A DNA stretch of 58,804 nucleotides from a virus (IMGVR_UViG_3300033150_000453:1-58804), one strand, 5' to 3'. Counted from the stretch's first letter, positions 47,159-56,208 are shown. Numbers and translations: made by a program. The notes: generated from the sequence alone by a model not told the origin.

Positions 47159-47410
47159 TCAGAACGGGGTGTCGTCAGCGTTGTCCTGTTTCTTCGGCTC
47201 CCACGTGTCAAGCTCGAAGTAGTAACGCCCGTCTTGGGCTTGCTTCATCTCGAAGTTAATCCAGCCCGAGGGCTTGGCGTTCTCCTTGAGGAAGGTAATG
47301 AACTCGTCAGTCTTGATGCCAAGCTTGGCTTTGACGAAGTCGGGAGCACCCTCACGGGGTTGGCTCCAATTCATGGCGGGTGCAAAGACCCTGTCTTTCT
47401 GGTCGCTCAT
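47159..47410 (-). CDS. Putative single-stranded DNA-binding protein
   Basis: Small protein with acidic C-terminal DDTPF tail, after annealase and exonuclease. Confidence 0.6.
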   Translation of the reverse strand: MSDQKDRVFAPAMNWSQPREGAPDFVKAKLGIKTDEFITFLKENAKPSGWINFEMKQAQDGRYYFELDTWEPKKQDNADDTPF

Positions 47411-48138
47411 AGCGTCTCTTTGATGTAAAAGGTTTCGATGTTGTGTGTGGCATCGGCTCCAAAGAACCGGTCGTAGACCTCGAGGGCCCTCTCAACTTTA
47501 TCCCTGCCACGGCGGATGAAGTCGTCACTGGTATCAAACATGCCCATCCTACCCGTCTTCTTGTCGATGGCATAGAACACCATCGGTTTGCCGAACAGGC
47601 TTTGGTAGATATAGGCTTGACTGTCGTAGCCATACTTGCGCGCCGACCACTTGAAGTCGTCGAGGTTACTCGTCGTCTTCAGGTCAATGATGCAGTCGGC
47701 ACCAAGGATGTCTGCCTTCCCTTTGAACTGCTTGCCCATGATGGTACCCACGGCGGGCTGCTCATAGACGTTGCCGTCCTCACGGATGGTATCGAAGAAG
47801 TCAAGGTTGCCAAGCATCTTGTCGGTCAACCTCGTGATGTTCTCCTGCTCTTTGCAGAGGAGCATAAAGGGCACACCGGCTTCGGCACAGGCGTCCTTGT
47901 ACTTCTTGGTGTTGCGGCTTGCGGCATCGACACACACTACGCCTGCCGCCTTCTCCGGCTCAAGGATGAGCTGATGGAAGAGGCGACCCCCGGCAAACGC
48001 AGGGTTGTCCGGAGTGGGCACGCCATACTGCGATGGGTCCTCAAGCAGAACCTTGATGTCCGAGTTGGACAGGAACTGCCGGCCGAACTTTCCGTAGTAC
48101 TGGCTGTCGTCACGCAGCTTGTCGATAGTATCGCTCAT
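47407..48138 (-). CDS. PD-(D/E)XK exonuclease (RecE/DUF3799-like)
   Basis: LSNSDIK, GRLFHQLILEP, KGKADIL...IIDLKTT, YDSQAYIY. Confidence 0.82.
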   Translation of the reverse strand: MSDTIDKLRDDSQYYGKFGRQFLSNSDIKVLLEDPSQYGVPTPDNPAFAGGRLFHQLILEPEKAAGVVCVDAASRNTKKYKDACAEAGVPFMLLCKEQENITRLTDKMLGNLDFFDTIREDGNVYEQPAVGTIMGKQFKGKADILGADCIIDLKTTSNLDDFKWSARKYGYDSQAYIYQSLFGKPMVFYAIDKKTGRMGMFDTSDDFIRRGRDKVERALEVYDRFFGADATHNIETFYIKETL

Positions 48139-48731
48139 CCCATGTTGTCCTTCAGGGCCTTCTGCACCTTGGTGCTCACCTTGTACTTGGTGCGAAGGTT
48201 CTTCAGCAGTTCGTCAATGCCCAACTCCTTGTTGGCCACCACGTACTTGAGCACCTTCGACCAGTTCTCGTCGTCGACCTCGAGCGAGATGCGCTGCTTT
48301 GGCTCTTTAGAGGGGGCCTCCTTGACCTCGGACGGCTGCGATGGAACATCTTCGCCCGTCCATAGAGATAGGCCGAGGCCGTGCATCGCAATAGCCTTAG
48401 CGGTGGCGCGTTGGATGGCCTTGTTGACGTCCATGCTGGTCACCTTCTCCACCGAGATGGAGTTGTTGCGGTAGTCCATGACCGGGAGCATGTCGATATG
48501 CTCGATGTCATTGACCACAATGCCGACCTTGACGTAGCAGGTGCGACCGTCGGTGAAATAGTTGAGCCCAGTGTGCTCGCTCTCGTAGACGATGCGTTGG
48601 GCTTGAGGGTAGAGCTGCTTGAGCATGTGCCATGCCTGAGCCCACGACAGGTAGTCGAGGTTGCCCTTGCGCTCCACCTTGGGGCGCACGTCGATGCCAC
48701 TGAGGTGGCCGTAAACTGACTCGTGTTTCAT
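48135..48731 (-). CDS. Sak/Rad52-like single-strand annealing protein (DUF1071-like)
   Basis: LDYLSWAQAW...LPVMDYRN...DVNKAIQRATAKAIAMHGLGLSLWTGED. Confidence 0.85.
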   Translation of the reverse strand: MKHESVYGHLSGIDVRPKVERKGNLDYLSWAQAWHMLKQLYPQAQRIVYESEHTGLNYFTDGRTCYVKVGIVVNDIEHIDMLPVMDYRNNSISVEKVTSMDVNKAIQRATAKAIAMHGLGLSLWTGEDVPSQPSEVKEAPSKEPKQRISLEVDDENWSKVLKYVVANKELGIDELLKNLRTKYKVSTKVQKALKDNMG

Positions 48732-49015
48732 TTGAGTTGGTTAATTAGAGTGGTGTAGTCTGGGTCGTTGGCGATGTGTTCTTCCACGCGCTTCAGACCA
48801 TGAGCGATGGAAGGTAAGTCGATAGCGTATCCGTTCTCCGTCATGTACCGCTTGATGTAGGTGTTGGTCATCGGACGCTCCTTGCACAGGTAGTACAGCA
48901 TGTGGCGGGCGTCAACTACGTCACGCGATTTGTCTTTGGCGAACAGTCGCTCTCGGGGGATGTCGAATCGGGCGCTGACCCGCTCGACATAGTCTTCGAA
49001 AATGTCTCGTTTCAT
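48728..49015 (-). CDS. DnaA C-terminal-like HTH protein
   Basis: LFAKDKSRDVVDARHMLYYLC...SIAHGLKRVEE. Confidence 0.65.
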   Translation of the reverse strand: MKRDIFEDYVERVSARFDIPRERLFAKDKSRDVVDARHMLYYLCKERPMTNTYIKRYMTENGYAIDLPSIAHGLKRVEEHIANDPDYTTLINQLK

Positions 49016-49247
49016 TCGAGTTCGTCGGTTAGAATAGCGGTGCCGACAAGGTGCCGGCCCGCAATGTTAGATGCAGTCATGTTGGTAGGCAAGCCAAGAA
49101 GCAAGCCCTCCTCGTTGACTACGATGAATTGTTTTCCGGGGAGGTAGACAAGCTCAATCAAGCCGCCGACTACCTGCTGGAGGTCATGCAAGGAGAGCGG
49201 TCCTTCAACCGTCTCCCTGCTACCATCGAGGTGTAGAATCTCTATCA
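49012..49247 (-). CDS. DUF3846-like protein
   Basis: LHDLQQVVGGLIELV...VVNEEGLLLGLPTN..AS...LVGTAIL; start at MIEILH. Confidence 0.75.
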
Positions 49248-49970
49248 TCAGAAGAACCTTGTGTGCTTGCGCTTTTTGTGATTGTACACCTGCTCGAACA
49301 TCCGCATGTACTCCTGCGTGGTTCCGGCGTGCATGAACATGTGGGGGTTCATCTCCGCCTTCTTCAGCAACTCCTTCCAATTAAAGCCTTCGACGGTGCG
49401 GATGCACCGCAGGAAGGCGGTGATGAAGTTGTTGTTCAGGAAGAACGGCCAACGGCTGAAGGCGCTGATGGCATACAGCCTAGCGTAGGCGTCGTCACGC
49501 TTGGCGCGGAACTCCCACGTCCCCCCACCGAGGTTCATCCCGTTGCGGCCTGACGATTGAGAGCTACTGCCTTGTGCAATGTGCGCCGCAGACCGGACCG
49601 AAAACTTCGGGTGTACCTCTCGGCACTCGGCATGGAACTCAAGCAGCTTGATGTAGTGCTCGTTGCCCTGCGCCGCATAGCTTTTGACCTTGTCCATGAT
49701 GGTCCAAGACTTGCTTGCGTTGTTGAGCTTGACCACATCCGCGATGTCCATGGCGTCACGGACGATGTATTGGATGGGGATGCCGAGCTCTCGGCACGCA
49801 TGGAAGCGGTGCTGTCCGTCGATGATGGTCCCGTCAGCGGTGACGATGATGGGTTGGACGAGTCCGAGTTCGCTGATGTTCTTCTTCAGCCTGCGGATTT
49901 GAGTGGCATCGACGCCACGGTTCAGCTCGTTGAAGTCGAACTGAGAGTAATTACTTGTTGTGTGAATCAT
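49248..49970 (-). CDS. ParB N-terminal-like domain protein
   Basis: NRGVD...GLVQPIIV...IIDGQHRFHACRELGIP; start at MIHTTSNY. Confidence 0.8.
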   Translation of the reverse strand: MIHTTSNYSQFDFNELNRGVDATQIRRLKKNISELGLVQPIIVTADGTIIDGQHRFHACRELGIPIQYIVRDAMDIADVVKLNNASKSWTIMDKVKSYAAQGNEHYIKLLEFHAECREVHPKFSVRSAAHIAQGSSSQSSGRNGMNLGGGTWEFRAKRDDAYARLYAISAFSRWPFFLNNNFITAFLRCIRTVEGFNWKELLKKAEMNPHMFMHAGTTQEYMRMFEQVYNHKKRKHTRFF

Positions 49971-50445
49971 AGTCGAGAATGTATTCGGTGATGGCATTGA
50001 ATTGTCGGGCTGCATGGATGTCGTAGTCGCAGTCGGGGTAGCTTTGGCTACGCATCCAATCCCGGAATCCGTGCATGTTGTACCCAATGCGCTGGATGCT
50101 GTCGGTGAACGCTCGGTAAAAGGTGGTGATGAACCCGTCCTCCAAAGCGTTGCAGAACCCGTTGTTGTAGTACTCATACTGAAGGCGACCCAAGGCACGG
50201 ATGGCCTCGCCATACGGCGTGTCGGCCTCGCCGCTTGCCGGGACGTGCTTGTCCCACAGGGCGTCCCACTCCGCCTGTCGGGGGTGGTTGCCGTCCCACA
50301 GGGTAGGTTCGGTCAGTTGGATGGTCAACAGACCGTCCTCGTAACCGTGTGACTCCGGCGTAACAATCTTGCCGTCGATAAGGAAGCGAACCTTTTTTGT
50401 GTCAGGGTGTCGCTCAATCACCCTGTTCCATTCTTTCAAGAACAT
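49951..50445 (-). CDS. Hypothetical protein
   Basis: LWDKHVPASGEADT..GEAIRA..RL.YEYYNNG; operon context. Confidence 0.65.
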   Translation of the reverse strand: MFLKEWNRVIERHPDTKKVRFLIDGKIVTPESHGYEDGLLTIQLTEPTLWDGNHPRQAEWDALWDKHVPASGEADTPYGEAIRALGRLQYEYYNNGFCNALEDGFITTFYRAFTDSIQRIGYNMHGFRDWMRSQSYPDCDYDIHAARQFNAITEYILDYDSHNK

Positions 50446-50605
50446 GTTGTATTGTATTGATGGTTTCCATTAGTGAATCGTATACGATGTCTTCGTACTC
50501 CCGCTCCAAGTAGCCGTCGGCAATCTCTTGGAGGTGCTTACGCAGGTCGTTGAGGTCATCGTATTCGGAGGGCAGATACCTATACGGCTCGTTTGGATTG
50601 GACAT
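50414..50605 (-). CDS. Hypothetical protein
   Basis: MSNPNEPYRY... fills the operon. Confidence 0.5.
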   Translation of the reverse strand: MSNPNEPYRYLPSEYDDLNDLRKHLQEIADGYLEREYEDIVYDSLMETINTIQHVLERMEQGD

Positions 50606-51104
50606 TGTACTCGTCGTCGTAAGGGATGTGTGCATACTCGCCCGCCTCGCGCATACTCCAGAACTCGTTGGGCGCACCCGGCATACGATTGTGCTCCTCG
50701 AGATACAGGGGGGTGTCGTAATTCGACAGGTCGTACACGGCGCTCTCAGTCATCTCTGCCTCGGCATGGTCGAGAGCTTTGTGATGGAAGTAACTGTGTC
50801 GTGCTAGGCTCATGATGAGCTTGTCGCCAAGGCGGGTAATGACTACGCCGTAGTCGCACGTGTCGTGGCCACGCTTGAAGGCCAAGTCCTCAGCCAATCG
50901 CATCATGCGGGTCCAGTGCTCGAAAGCATCTTGGGTGAATGCATGCTTGATGTCAAGCTGTGCCTCGTTGGGTTCGCGGACACCGTGGATGTATCCGCTC
51001 ATGGTCGCGCCTTGGAAGACGTCGCACTTGGTCATACAGATACCGAAGGCCACGGCGTGGCCAACGGTTTCTGCGTAGTTGCGGGATTGACGTGTCATCT
51101 TCAT
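50580..51104 (-). CDS. Hypothetical protein
   Basis: ATGA-coupled early ORF. Confidence 0.6.
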   Translation of the reverse strand: MKMTRQSRNYAETVGHAVAFGICMTKCDVFQGATMSGYIHGVREPNEAQLDIKHAFTQDAFEHWTRMMRLAEDLAFKRGHDTCDYGVVITRLGDKLIMSLARHSYFHHKALDHAEAEMTESAVYDLSNYDTPLYLEEHNRMPGAPNEFWSMREAGEYAHIPYDDEYNVQSKRAV

Positions 51105-51307
51105 GATACAAGCTCTGCAATGCCGCCGTCACCGATGTCTGTGCCGAGGTAGTCACGGACACCCTCCGGACCGTAGTCGTGGTAGATGACAGCCAGCTCG
51201 TAAATCTTGGTGACCGGAATGGACGCGGGGTCGACACCACAGCCACGCAAGAACGCAACACAGGAGATAGCGGAATCTTGGATTCTCTTCTTGTAGTCGT
51301 CACTCAT
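51101..51307 (-). CDS. Hypothetical protein
   Basis: ATG 2 nt from palindrome copy 2. Confidence 0.6.
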   Translation of the reverse strand: MSDDYKKRIQDSAISCVAFLRGCGVDPASIPVTKIYELAVIYHDYGPEGVRDYLGTDIGDGGIAELVS

Positions 51308-51309
51308 GA

Positions 51310-51323
51310 TTAATCCGGATTAA
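51310..51323. promoter_or_regulatory. Palindrome TTAATCCGGATTAA, copy 2
   Basis: Extends to 16 bp (51309-51324); supplies the stop codon of the upstream ORF. Confidence 0.75.
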
Positions 51324-51696
51324 TGACCTCGTCAATCACGTCGTCGGTGATGACCACATCGCCGAACTGAATGTTGTCGGCGTAGGTGTCGCCCTCAATC
51401 CAAACCTGACCGCTGTAGTCCCAGCGTAGCCCGTCAGAGTGTCCGTCAATCTCGACGTACGGCTCGATGTCCGGACACTCGAAGTTCTCCTGCTGTGCCT
51501 CGGCACCCATGACAAAGAACTTGCGGGCCAAGGCACGCAACTGCTCGGTGGAGAGGGATGGTTGTTGAACGGCCTCGATACTGCGGATGCAGGCTTTGAC
51601 CTCTAAGAGTTGTGCCTCGATGGCCTTGATGGCCTCGTTGGCTTCGGCCAAGTTGGCCTCGGTGGTCTTGACGACCGGGTGATTGGATTGTTCCAT
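51310..51696 (-). CDS. Hypothetical coiled-coil/acidic protein
   Basis: Start MEQSNHPVV just after the promoter at 51718-51748; ends INPD*. Confidence 0.6.
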   Translation of the reverse strand: MEQSNHPVVKTTEANLAEANEAIKAIEAQLLEVKACIRSIEAVQQPSLSTEQLRALARKFFVMGAEAQQENFECPDIEPYVEIDGHSDGLRWDYSGQVWIEGDTYADNIQFGDVVITDDVIDEVINPD

Positions 51697-51717
51697 GATT
51701 GGATTGTAATTGATGTT

Positions 51718-51748
51718 GCAATATAAGGAATATATTAGTGGCTTGCAA
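51718..51748 (-). promoter_or_regulatory. Bacteroidota-type early promoter (TTG-N20-TATATTGC)
   Basis: Same elements and spacing as 55173-55203 and 58286-58316. Confidence 0.72.
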
Positions 51749-51895
51749 CTTGTTCCACTGTTAATGTTCGGAAGTGCGTCAACTTTTTTACGCCCTTCGG
51801 TAGTCGTGCTGAGTATGAACCCCACGGACAGAACCATGTGTGTACCACAGTCCTGTTACCGCGCTCGTCTGCTCCGACGAGCTGCCTGTTGTGGC

Positions 51896-52141
51896 TTACT
51901 TGAAAGCGTCCCATACCTCATCGGGTAATTGTTCACGGCATGCCGTGTCCATGTTGCGGATGTAGTTGCGTATCTCTTCGTCACTTGCGTGGCGTCGAAG
52001 TAGGGGGGACAGGCCACGGATGTTGGCTACGTCACCGCATAGGTCTTCCCATCCGTTGCGCCTATTGGTATCGGCCATGCGCTTGGCCCGGTCACGGCAC
52101 AACTGTGCCATGTGGTTGTCGAGGTGTTTCGTTCGTGTCAT
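51896..52141 (-). CDS. Hypothetical protein
   Basis: Early-region ORF. Confidence 0.55.
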   Translation of the reverse strand: MTRTKHLDNHMAQLCRDRAKRMADTNRRNGWEDLCGDVANIRGLSPLLRRHASDEEIRNYIRNMDTACREQLPDEVWDAFK

Positions 52142-52151
52142 GATTCCTTGG

Positions 52152-52646
52152 TTATGTCAGTGAATGTCTTTTGCGGGGAATGGTGGATTTTGGGTAGTAC
52201 ACCTTGAGCAAGAAACGAGAGTTGCAGTACTGGTTTTCCAGACGGGCAAGACGTGCCTCGGCTTCCTCCTGTTTCTTTTGCTGTTCCTCGTACCAAAATT
52301 CTCCGTCTGGGTCGCTACCCCATTCGTCGCCGGGATACAAGTCGCATATCCAATTTGGATGGTGTTTATCAATAAGGTCGGTGTCCTTCTTCTCGATTAG
52401 TCTCAGTGTGTCATGGTTCCAAGGTGGTTGGCTTTTGGCGGCAAAGGCTTCCTGTTTCAGGATGCACCACTTGAGGATGGTGCGGGCATGACCTGAGTGG
52501 ACTGAGTCGATGATGGGGAGCAGGTCGGGCCGCTTCCACTTTCGGACGAACCACCGCGCCGCATTGTAGACGTAGGTGATGTCCATCTCGTCGATGTCCA
52601 GCGTTGCGCGGCGGGTGGTGTAGTATACGGGGCCGATGTCCATCAT
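52152..52646 (-). CDS. Hypothetical protein
   Basis: Early-region ORF, ATGA overlap. Confidence 0.55.
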   Translation of the reverse strand: MMDIGPVYYTTRRATLDIDEMDITYVYNAARWFVRKWKRPDLLPIIDSVHSGHARTILKWCILKQEAFAAKSQPPWNHDTLRLIEKKDTDLIDKHHPNWICDLYPGDEWGSDPDGEFWYEEQQKKQEEAEARLARLENQYCNSRFLLKVYYPKSTIPRKRHSLT

Positions 52647-53362
52647 TCTTCAATCCATTTGAGGTCAGTGCAGTTGTTGATGGTCTCGTTGGTGTCGGGC
52701 CCCCACCGGCAAACGGTGAAGGGCTGGCCGTGCTCGAGGTAGGTACGCGCCTCGTCCTCGTCCATGCACCTGTTGTACGTACGCGCCTCGTCCTCGTCCA
52801 TGCACCTGTTGTACTCTTCGTTCCATAGCATGTCCATGTAGCTCTCGTCGAGGTAGAACAACCGCGATGCGGCATACCCACCACGTACATCGGCACCGCC
52901 GTGAACGCTGATGAGGACGTACGGGTCGTCACCAATGGTCAGGTGCTGGTACTGGAACACTTGGTCCAAGCAGTCGCTGTCGTTGTAGGTGTTGTAGCAC
53001 CGCTCGTCGTCGATGTCTGCGTCCCACTCCATTAGCTTCTGATAGCACTGCTCGGTGGTGAAGGCAAGGTCGTCGCACCAAGGGTCGGCGCTGTCGATGA
53101 GAGCATTGAACTCCTCGGCCCGCTCGTCCTCCTCAATGTTGGCGCCCATCAGCCAATGGTATAGGGTGATGGTCGGGATGATGTCACGATACCTGACCGT
53201 GCCGTCCTCGTTGTAGTTCATGTTCACCTCGAAGGTGATGGGCTCCTCCGACTCGAAGTCGCGGAACTGATTGCGTTGCCAACGCCTACCGTTGGCGCCG
53301 CCGCTGTCCATGGGATGCTTGCCCGTGTTCTCGAGAAGCATGGATTTGATTGTGTCTTTCAT
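52643..53362 (-). CDS. Hypothetical protein
   Basis: MLLENTGKHPMDSGG..GRRWQRN...NTYN...LDQVFQY...SVHGGADVRGGY. Confidence 0.7.
   Translation of the reverse strand: MKDTIKSMLLENTGKHPMDSGGANGRRWQRNQFRDFESEEPITFEVNMNYNEDGTVRYRDIIPTITLYHWLMGANIEEDERAEEFNALIDSADPWCDDLAFTTEQCYQKLMEWDADIDDERCYNTYNDSDCLDQVFQYQHLTIGDDPYVLISVHGGADVRGGYAASRLFYLDESYMDMLWNEEYNRCMDEDEARTYNRCMDEDEARTYLEHGQPFTVCRWGPDTNETINNCTDLKWIEE
52743..52814. repeat. 36-bp perfect tandem duplication
   Basis: GTACGCGCCTCGTCCTCGTCCATGCACCTGTTGTAC x2 (YNRCMDEDEART x2). Confidence 0.92.
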
Positions 53363-53523
53363 GTTTCGTTGAAGTGGTTGTTATACATTTCGTCAATCGC
53401 TTCATCGCTATCACCCTCAAGGGACTCTGCGATGGTCTCGTAGACGTAGTGGTACATGGTCTTCCAATCCATGCCGTCGATAACGCTGTCGATGTAGCGT
53501 TCGATTTTCTCTTCTCGTGTCAT
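53359..53523 (-). CDS. Small acidic protein (54 aa), not in ORF track
   Basis: MTREEKIERYIDSVIDGMDWKTMY...; ATGA overlaps at both ends. Confidence 0.6.
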   Translation of the reverse strand: MTREEKIERYIDSVIDGMDWKTMYHYVYETIAESLEGDSDEAIDEMYNNHFNET

Positions 53524-53747
53524 TGCTTTATGTATAAGTTTCCTGATTCGAGTTCTCGTTGTGAACCGTAGGCGGTAGTGATGTAGTACCCTAGCAAAGT
53601 CGGATTCACCATGTATACGAAGCAGTACAGGTGGTCGCCCGCAGGGAAGCCGACATCCTCATGCTCGGATAGTCTGCCCCACTCGGCGTGTTCAGAGACT
53701 TGGATGTCACCAAAATCCTTGGTCTTGATTGTCTTAGGTATGGTCAT
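53520..53747 (-). CDS. Hypothetical protein
   Basis: ATGA-coupled ORF. Confidence 0.55.
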   Translation of the reverse strand: MTIPKTIKTKDFGDIQVSEHAEWGRLSEHEDVGFPAGDHLYCFVYMVNPTLLGYYITTAYGSQRELESGNLYIKQ

Positions 53748-54118
53748 GAGCAGATTCCGTGACAGAGTTGAACGTCAGTGTTGTACTCCCGCAAGCCCGT
53801 CTCCGGGTTGAGCTTGTCAACGAACACGTTGTATTGCCACCGGTCCTCGACGATGAAGATGTTGACGGCGATGTAGCCAATGCTGAACCACGTGTCACTG
53901 CATGGCTCCATAGGCGGTACATCAATACGCCCAAGGACAGGGCTGATGATTTGCTTGGGGAAGGCGGACAACTGCAAGTGCCACTTGAGATGGTCGACAA
54001 CGTCACGCACGGTGGTGTCGCCGATGGGTTCGTCCATGAGGCTGAGGCTACTGTCGAGCCAAGCCTCGAGAGCGCAGATGTTGGTGAGCGCGTCAGAATT
54101 GGGTGCTGAGGATTGCAT
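53744..54118 (-). CDS. Hypothetical protein (start uncertain)
   Basis: ORF in the early operon. Confidence 0.45.
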   Translation of the reverse strand: MQSSAPNSDALTNICALEAWLDSSLSLMDEPIGDTTVRDVVDHLKWHLQLSAFPKQIISPVLGRIDVPPMEPCSDTWFSIGYIAVNIFIVEDRWQYNVFVDKLNPETGLREYNTDVQLCHGICS

Positions 54119-54254
54119 TGAGATGGAGTTGATTGGTGATTGAGTTCCTGCCCTTGTCTTTCTTGATGAGGCCCCGCACATCGGAGTTCTCGTAGGCAAC
54201 ACGAGGGTCGATGTTGTGCTCATTGCACAGGGAGATGAATGTGTTGGCGGTCAT
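54093..54254 (-). CDS. Small protein (53 aa), paralogue of 56041..56208, not in ORF track
   Basis: MTANTFISLCNEHNIDPRVAYENSDVRGLIKKDKGRNSITNQLHLNAILSTQF. Confidence 0.65.
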   Translation of the reverse strand: MTANTFISLCNEHNIDPRVAYENSDVRGLIKKDKGRNSITNQLHLNAILSTQF

Positions 54255-54505
54255 GATTTCAGTTCATGGAAGTTGGGTAGGGATTGCATCTTGTTGGGGT
54301 GGTCGTCGCATAGGGTACTCTTGTACTGCACCTCGATGATGCGCTCGGCACACTCGTAGATGTTGGCGAGAAGACACCCCACGTCAGCACCGTTGAGGTC
54401 GGTGTCCAAGTCTTGAACGCGCTTGGGTATTGCTTGGAGGAGACGGCGCACGTCTTCTTGGATTGCGAGGCACGCCTCGTAGGGGTTCATGATTTCGATA
54501 GCCAT
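54251..54505 (-). CDS. Hypothetical protein
   Basis: Coupled ORF. Confidence 0.55.
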   Translation of the reverse strand: MAIEIMNPYEACLAIQEDVRRLLQAIPKRVQDLDTDLNGADVGCLLANIYECAERIIEVQYKSTLCDDHPNKMQSLPNFHELKS

Positions 54506-54789
54506 CAGTTGTTGATTTTGAATACGCTGTTGAGGAAGTCAGATGTCATAGGGCGGGAGCACTCCTCCTGTTGTGCCCACTTGAGGATGTCCTTGCACCG
54601 CCAATACTCAGCGAAGTGTTTCTTCTTGCGCTCGATGCTTCTGATGTGCTTGTGCAGGGAGACCTGAATCTCACGCAGTTGGTGGTCGTCGTAGTACGAG
54701 AGCAGTTCTCGTACCTCGGCCTCGTCGCACTTGAGGAGGGGCTTGGCCCGTAGCTCGGCGATGCGAGCGTCAATCTCTTGGTCGGTCAT
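54505..54789 (-). CDS. Hypothetical protein
   Basis: Start MTDQEIDARIAEL, ATGA overlap. Confidence 0.55.
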   Translation of the reverse strand: MTDQEIDARIAELRAKPLLKCDEAEVRELLSYYDDHQLREIQVSLHKHIRSIERKKKHFAEYWRCKDILKWAQQEECSRPMTSDFLNSVFKINN

Positions 54790-55124
54790 GCGTTCCGAAG
54801 GGCTTGGATGATGGACTCGTAGATGGCATCGAGTTGGTCGGCAACCTTGGTGGCGTTGCCCTTGACCCCGTAGTATTTCTTGAGGTCGGTGATGCGCCAA
54901 TGACGTGTTGGCTTCATGCCGATGGTGGCATACGAACGGGCATACCGACGTTGGAAGGTCAACTGCAACAGCGAGCGGTATTGGTCAGCACTCTTGCTCG
55001 TGCCGTCGTTCTCGATGTAACCGACGTTGGTGACTCGGCGCTCGGCAACGTCACGCTCGAGCTGTTCGAAGAAGGGGGCCGAAGCATCGACGCCCTTGGG
55101 AGGGGTGTAATGGATTGTAGTCAT
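54786..55124 (-). CDS. Hypothetical protein
   Basis: First ORF after promoter and palindrome; GMKPTRHWRITDLKKYYGVKGN. Confidence 0.65.
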   Translation of the reverse strand: MTTIHYTPPKGVDASAPFFEQLERDVAERRVTNVGYIENDGTSKSADQYRSLLQLTFQRRYARSYATIGMKPTRHWRITDLKKYYGVKGNATKVADQLDAIYESIIQALRNA

Positions 55125-55126
55125 AA

Positions 55127-55140
55127 TTAATCCGGATTAA
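55127..55140. promoter_or_regulatory. Palindrome TTAATCCGGATTAA, copy 3
   Basis: Extends to 18 bp (55125-55142); between promoter and ATG. Confidence 0.78.
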
Positions 55141-55172
55141 TTGGCAGGATTGCCTTGTAATGAATTGATAGC

Positions 55173-55203
55173 GCAATATAAGGAATAACTTCCATACTTG
55201 CAA
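55173..55203 (-). promoter_or_regulatory. Bacteroidota-type early promoter (TTG-N20-TATATTGC)
   Basis: AT-rich intergenic; flanks shared with the 58286-58316 copy. Confidence 0.75.
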
Positions 55204-55227
55204 GTAATTAGTAAGAAATCTTTGGGT

Positions 55228-55671
55228 TCAAAGCAGATTTAGTTCGGCGAAGCTGTTCCACTTGTCCGAGGTGACGATGATGTGGTCGAGCATGGCGATG
55301 TCAAGTAGCTTGCCCCCGTCCTTGAGGGTGCGGGTCAAGTTCTTGTCTGCCATACTCGGAGATGGGTTGCCACTCGGGTGGTTGTGGGAGCAGATGAACG
55401 CCGCGCAGTTGTCGAGCAACAGCCGACTGAACACAAGCTTGGGGTCCACGACACAGCCCGCACAGCCGCCGGCGCCGACCTCGAAGCACGAGCGTATCTT
55501 GTTGGAGCGAGATATGCCGACGATGAAGAACCTCTCCCGAACCTCAAGGTCTGGGTCGTACAAGGGGCGAAGGAACTTCACCAAGTCGATGGCCCTCGAA
55601 ACCTTCGGGCCGTCAGGTTCTGTCCTGTTGTAGGTGAGCGCCAACTCACCGGCTTTCCAATCGTAGTTCAT
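55228..55671 (-). CDS. radC: RadC-like JAB domain protein
   Basis: RERF...VVDPKLVF...HNHPSGNPSPSMADKNLT...LDIAMLDHIIV. Confidence 0.88.
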   Translation of the reverse strand: MNYDWKAGELALTYNRTEPDGPKVSRAIDLVKFLRPLYDPDLEVRERFFIVGISRSNKIRSCFEVGAGGCAGCVVDPKLVFSRLLLDNCAAFICSHNHPSGNPSPSMADKNLTRTLKDGGKLLDIAMLDHIIVTSDKWNSFAELNLL

Positions 55672-55892
55672 AGCGCATCGGTGTTGTCCATGTATTCAAG
55701 GGTGTCCTCGATGTGCTTGGAGATTTGGTGCATGAGGGTCTCGTTGTCCTCGAACGTGGCAATGAGTACACGCTCAAGGGTGGCTTGGTCCAAGTCGTAG
55801 TCAAGGCGTTGAGCGATACACTCCACTTCCTCGACACTCCACTTGAGTTCGGGTCCGGTGTAGCACCCTTCGGGGTCAATAGGTTTATTCAT
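55668..55892 (-). CDS. Hypothetical protein
   Basis: ATGA-coupled acidic ORF. Confidence 0.55.
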   Translation of the reverse strand: MNKPIDPEGCYTGPELKWSVEEVECIAQRLDYDLDQATLERVLIATFEDNETLMHQISKHIEDTLEYMDNTDAL

Positions 55893-56044
55893 GGCTTGAA
55901 TATTTCAGGGAATGCCTCGACAAGGCGAGGCTTGTTGGTGTTGTCAGCTTTGAAGAATGCATCAATGATGGCGGCGTTGAACGACCCGCCCATCTTGGCG
56001 GAATCGCTCAATCGGTTGTAGTTCTCTTGGGTGTTCCACGTCAT
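55889..56044 (-). CDS. Small hypothetical protein
   Basis: MTWNTQEN...GGSFNAAIIDAFFKADNTNKPRLVEAFPEIF. Confidence 0.6.
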   Translation of the reverse strand: MTWNTQENYNRLSDSAKMGGSFNAAIIDAFFKADNTNKPRLVEAFPEIFKP

Positions 56045-56208
56045 GACTTGAATTCTTGAGTGAGGATGCCGTTCAGTTCGAGTTGGTCCTTGATACTCTC
56101 CCGACCATCGCAACGGTCGATGAGGGCACGGACCCTGTCGTTCTTGAACGCGTCAGGGAAAGCAACGTCGTGTTGCTCGCAAATGGATTTGAATGTTTCG
56201 AACTTCAT
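56041..56208 (-). CDS. Small protein (55 aa), paralogue of 54093..54254, not in ORF track
   Basis: MKFETFKSICEQHDVAFPDAFKNDRVRALIDRCDGRESIKDQLELNGILTQEFKS. Confidence 0.65.
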   Translation of the reverse strand: MKFETFKSICEQHDVAFPDAFKNDRVRALIDRCDGRESIKDQLELNGILTQEFKS

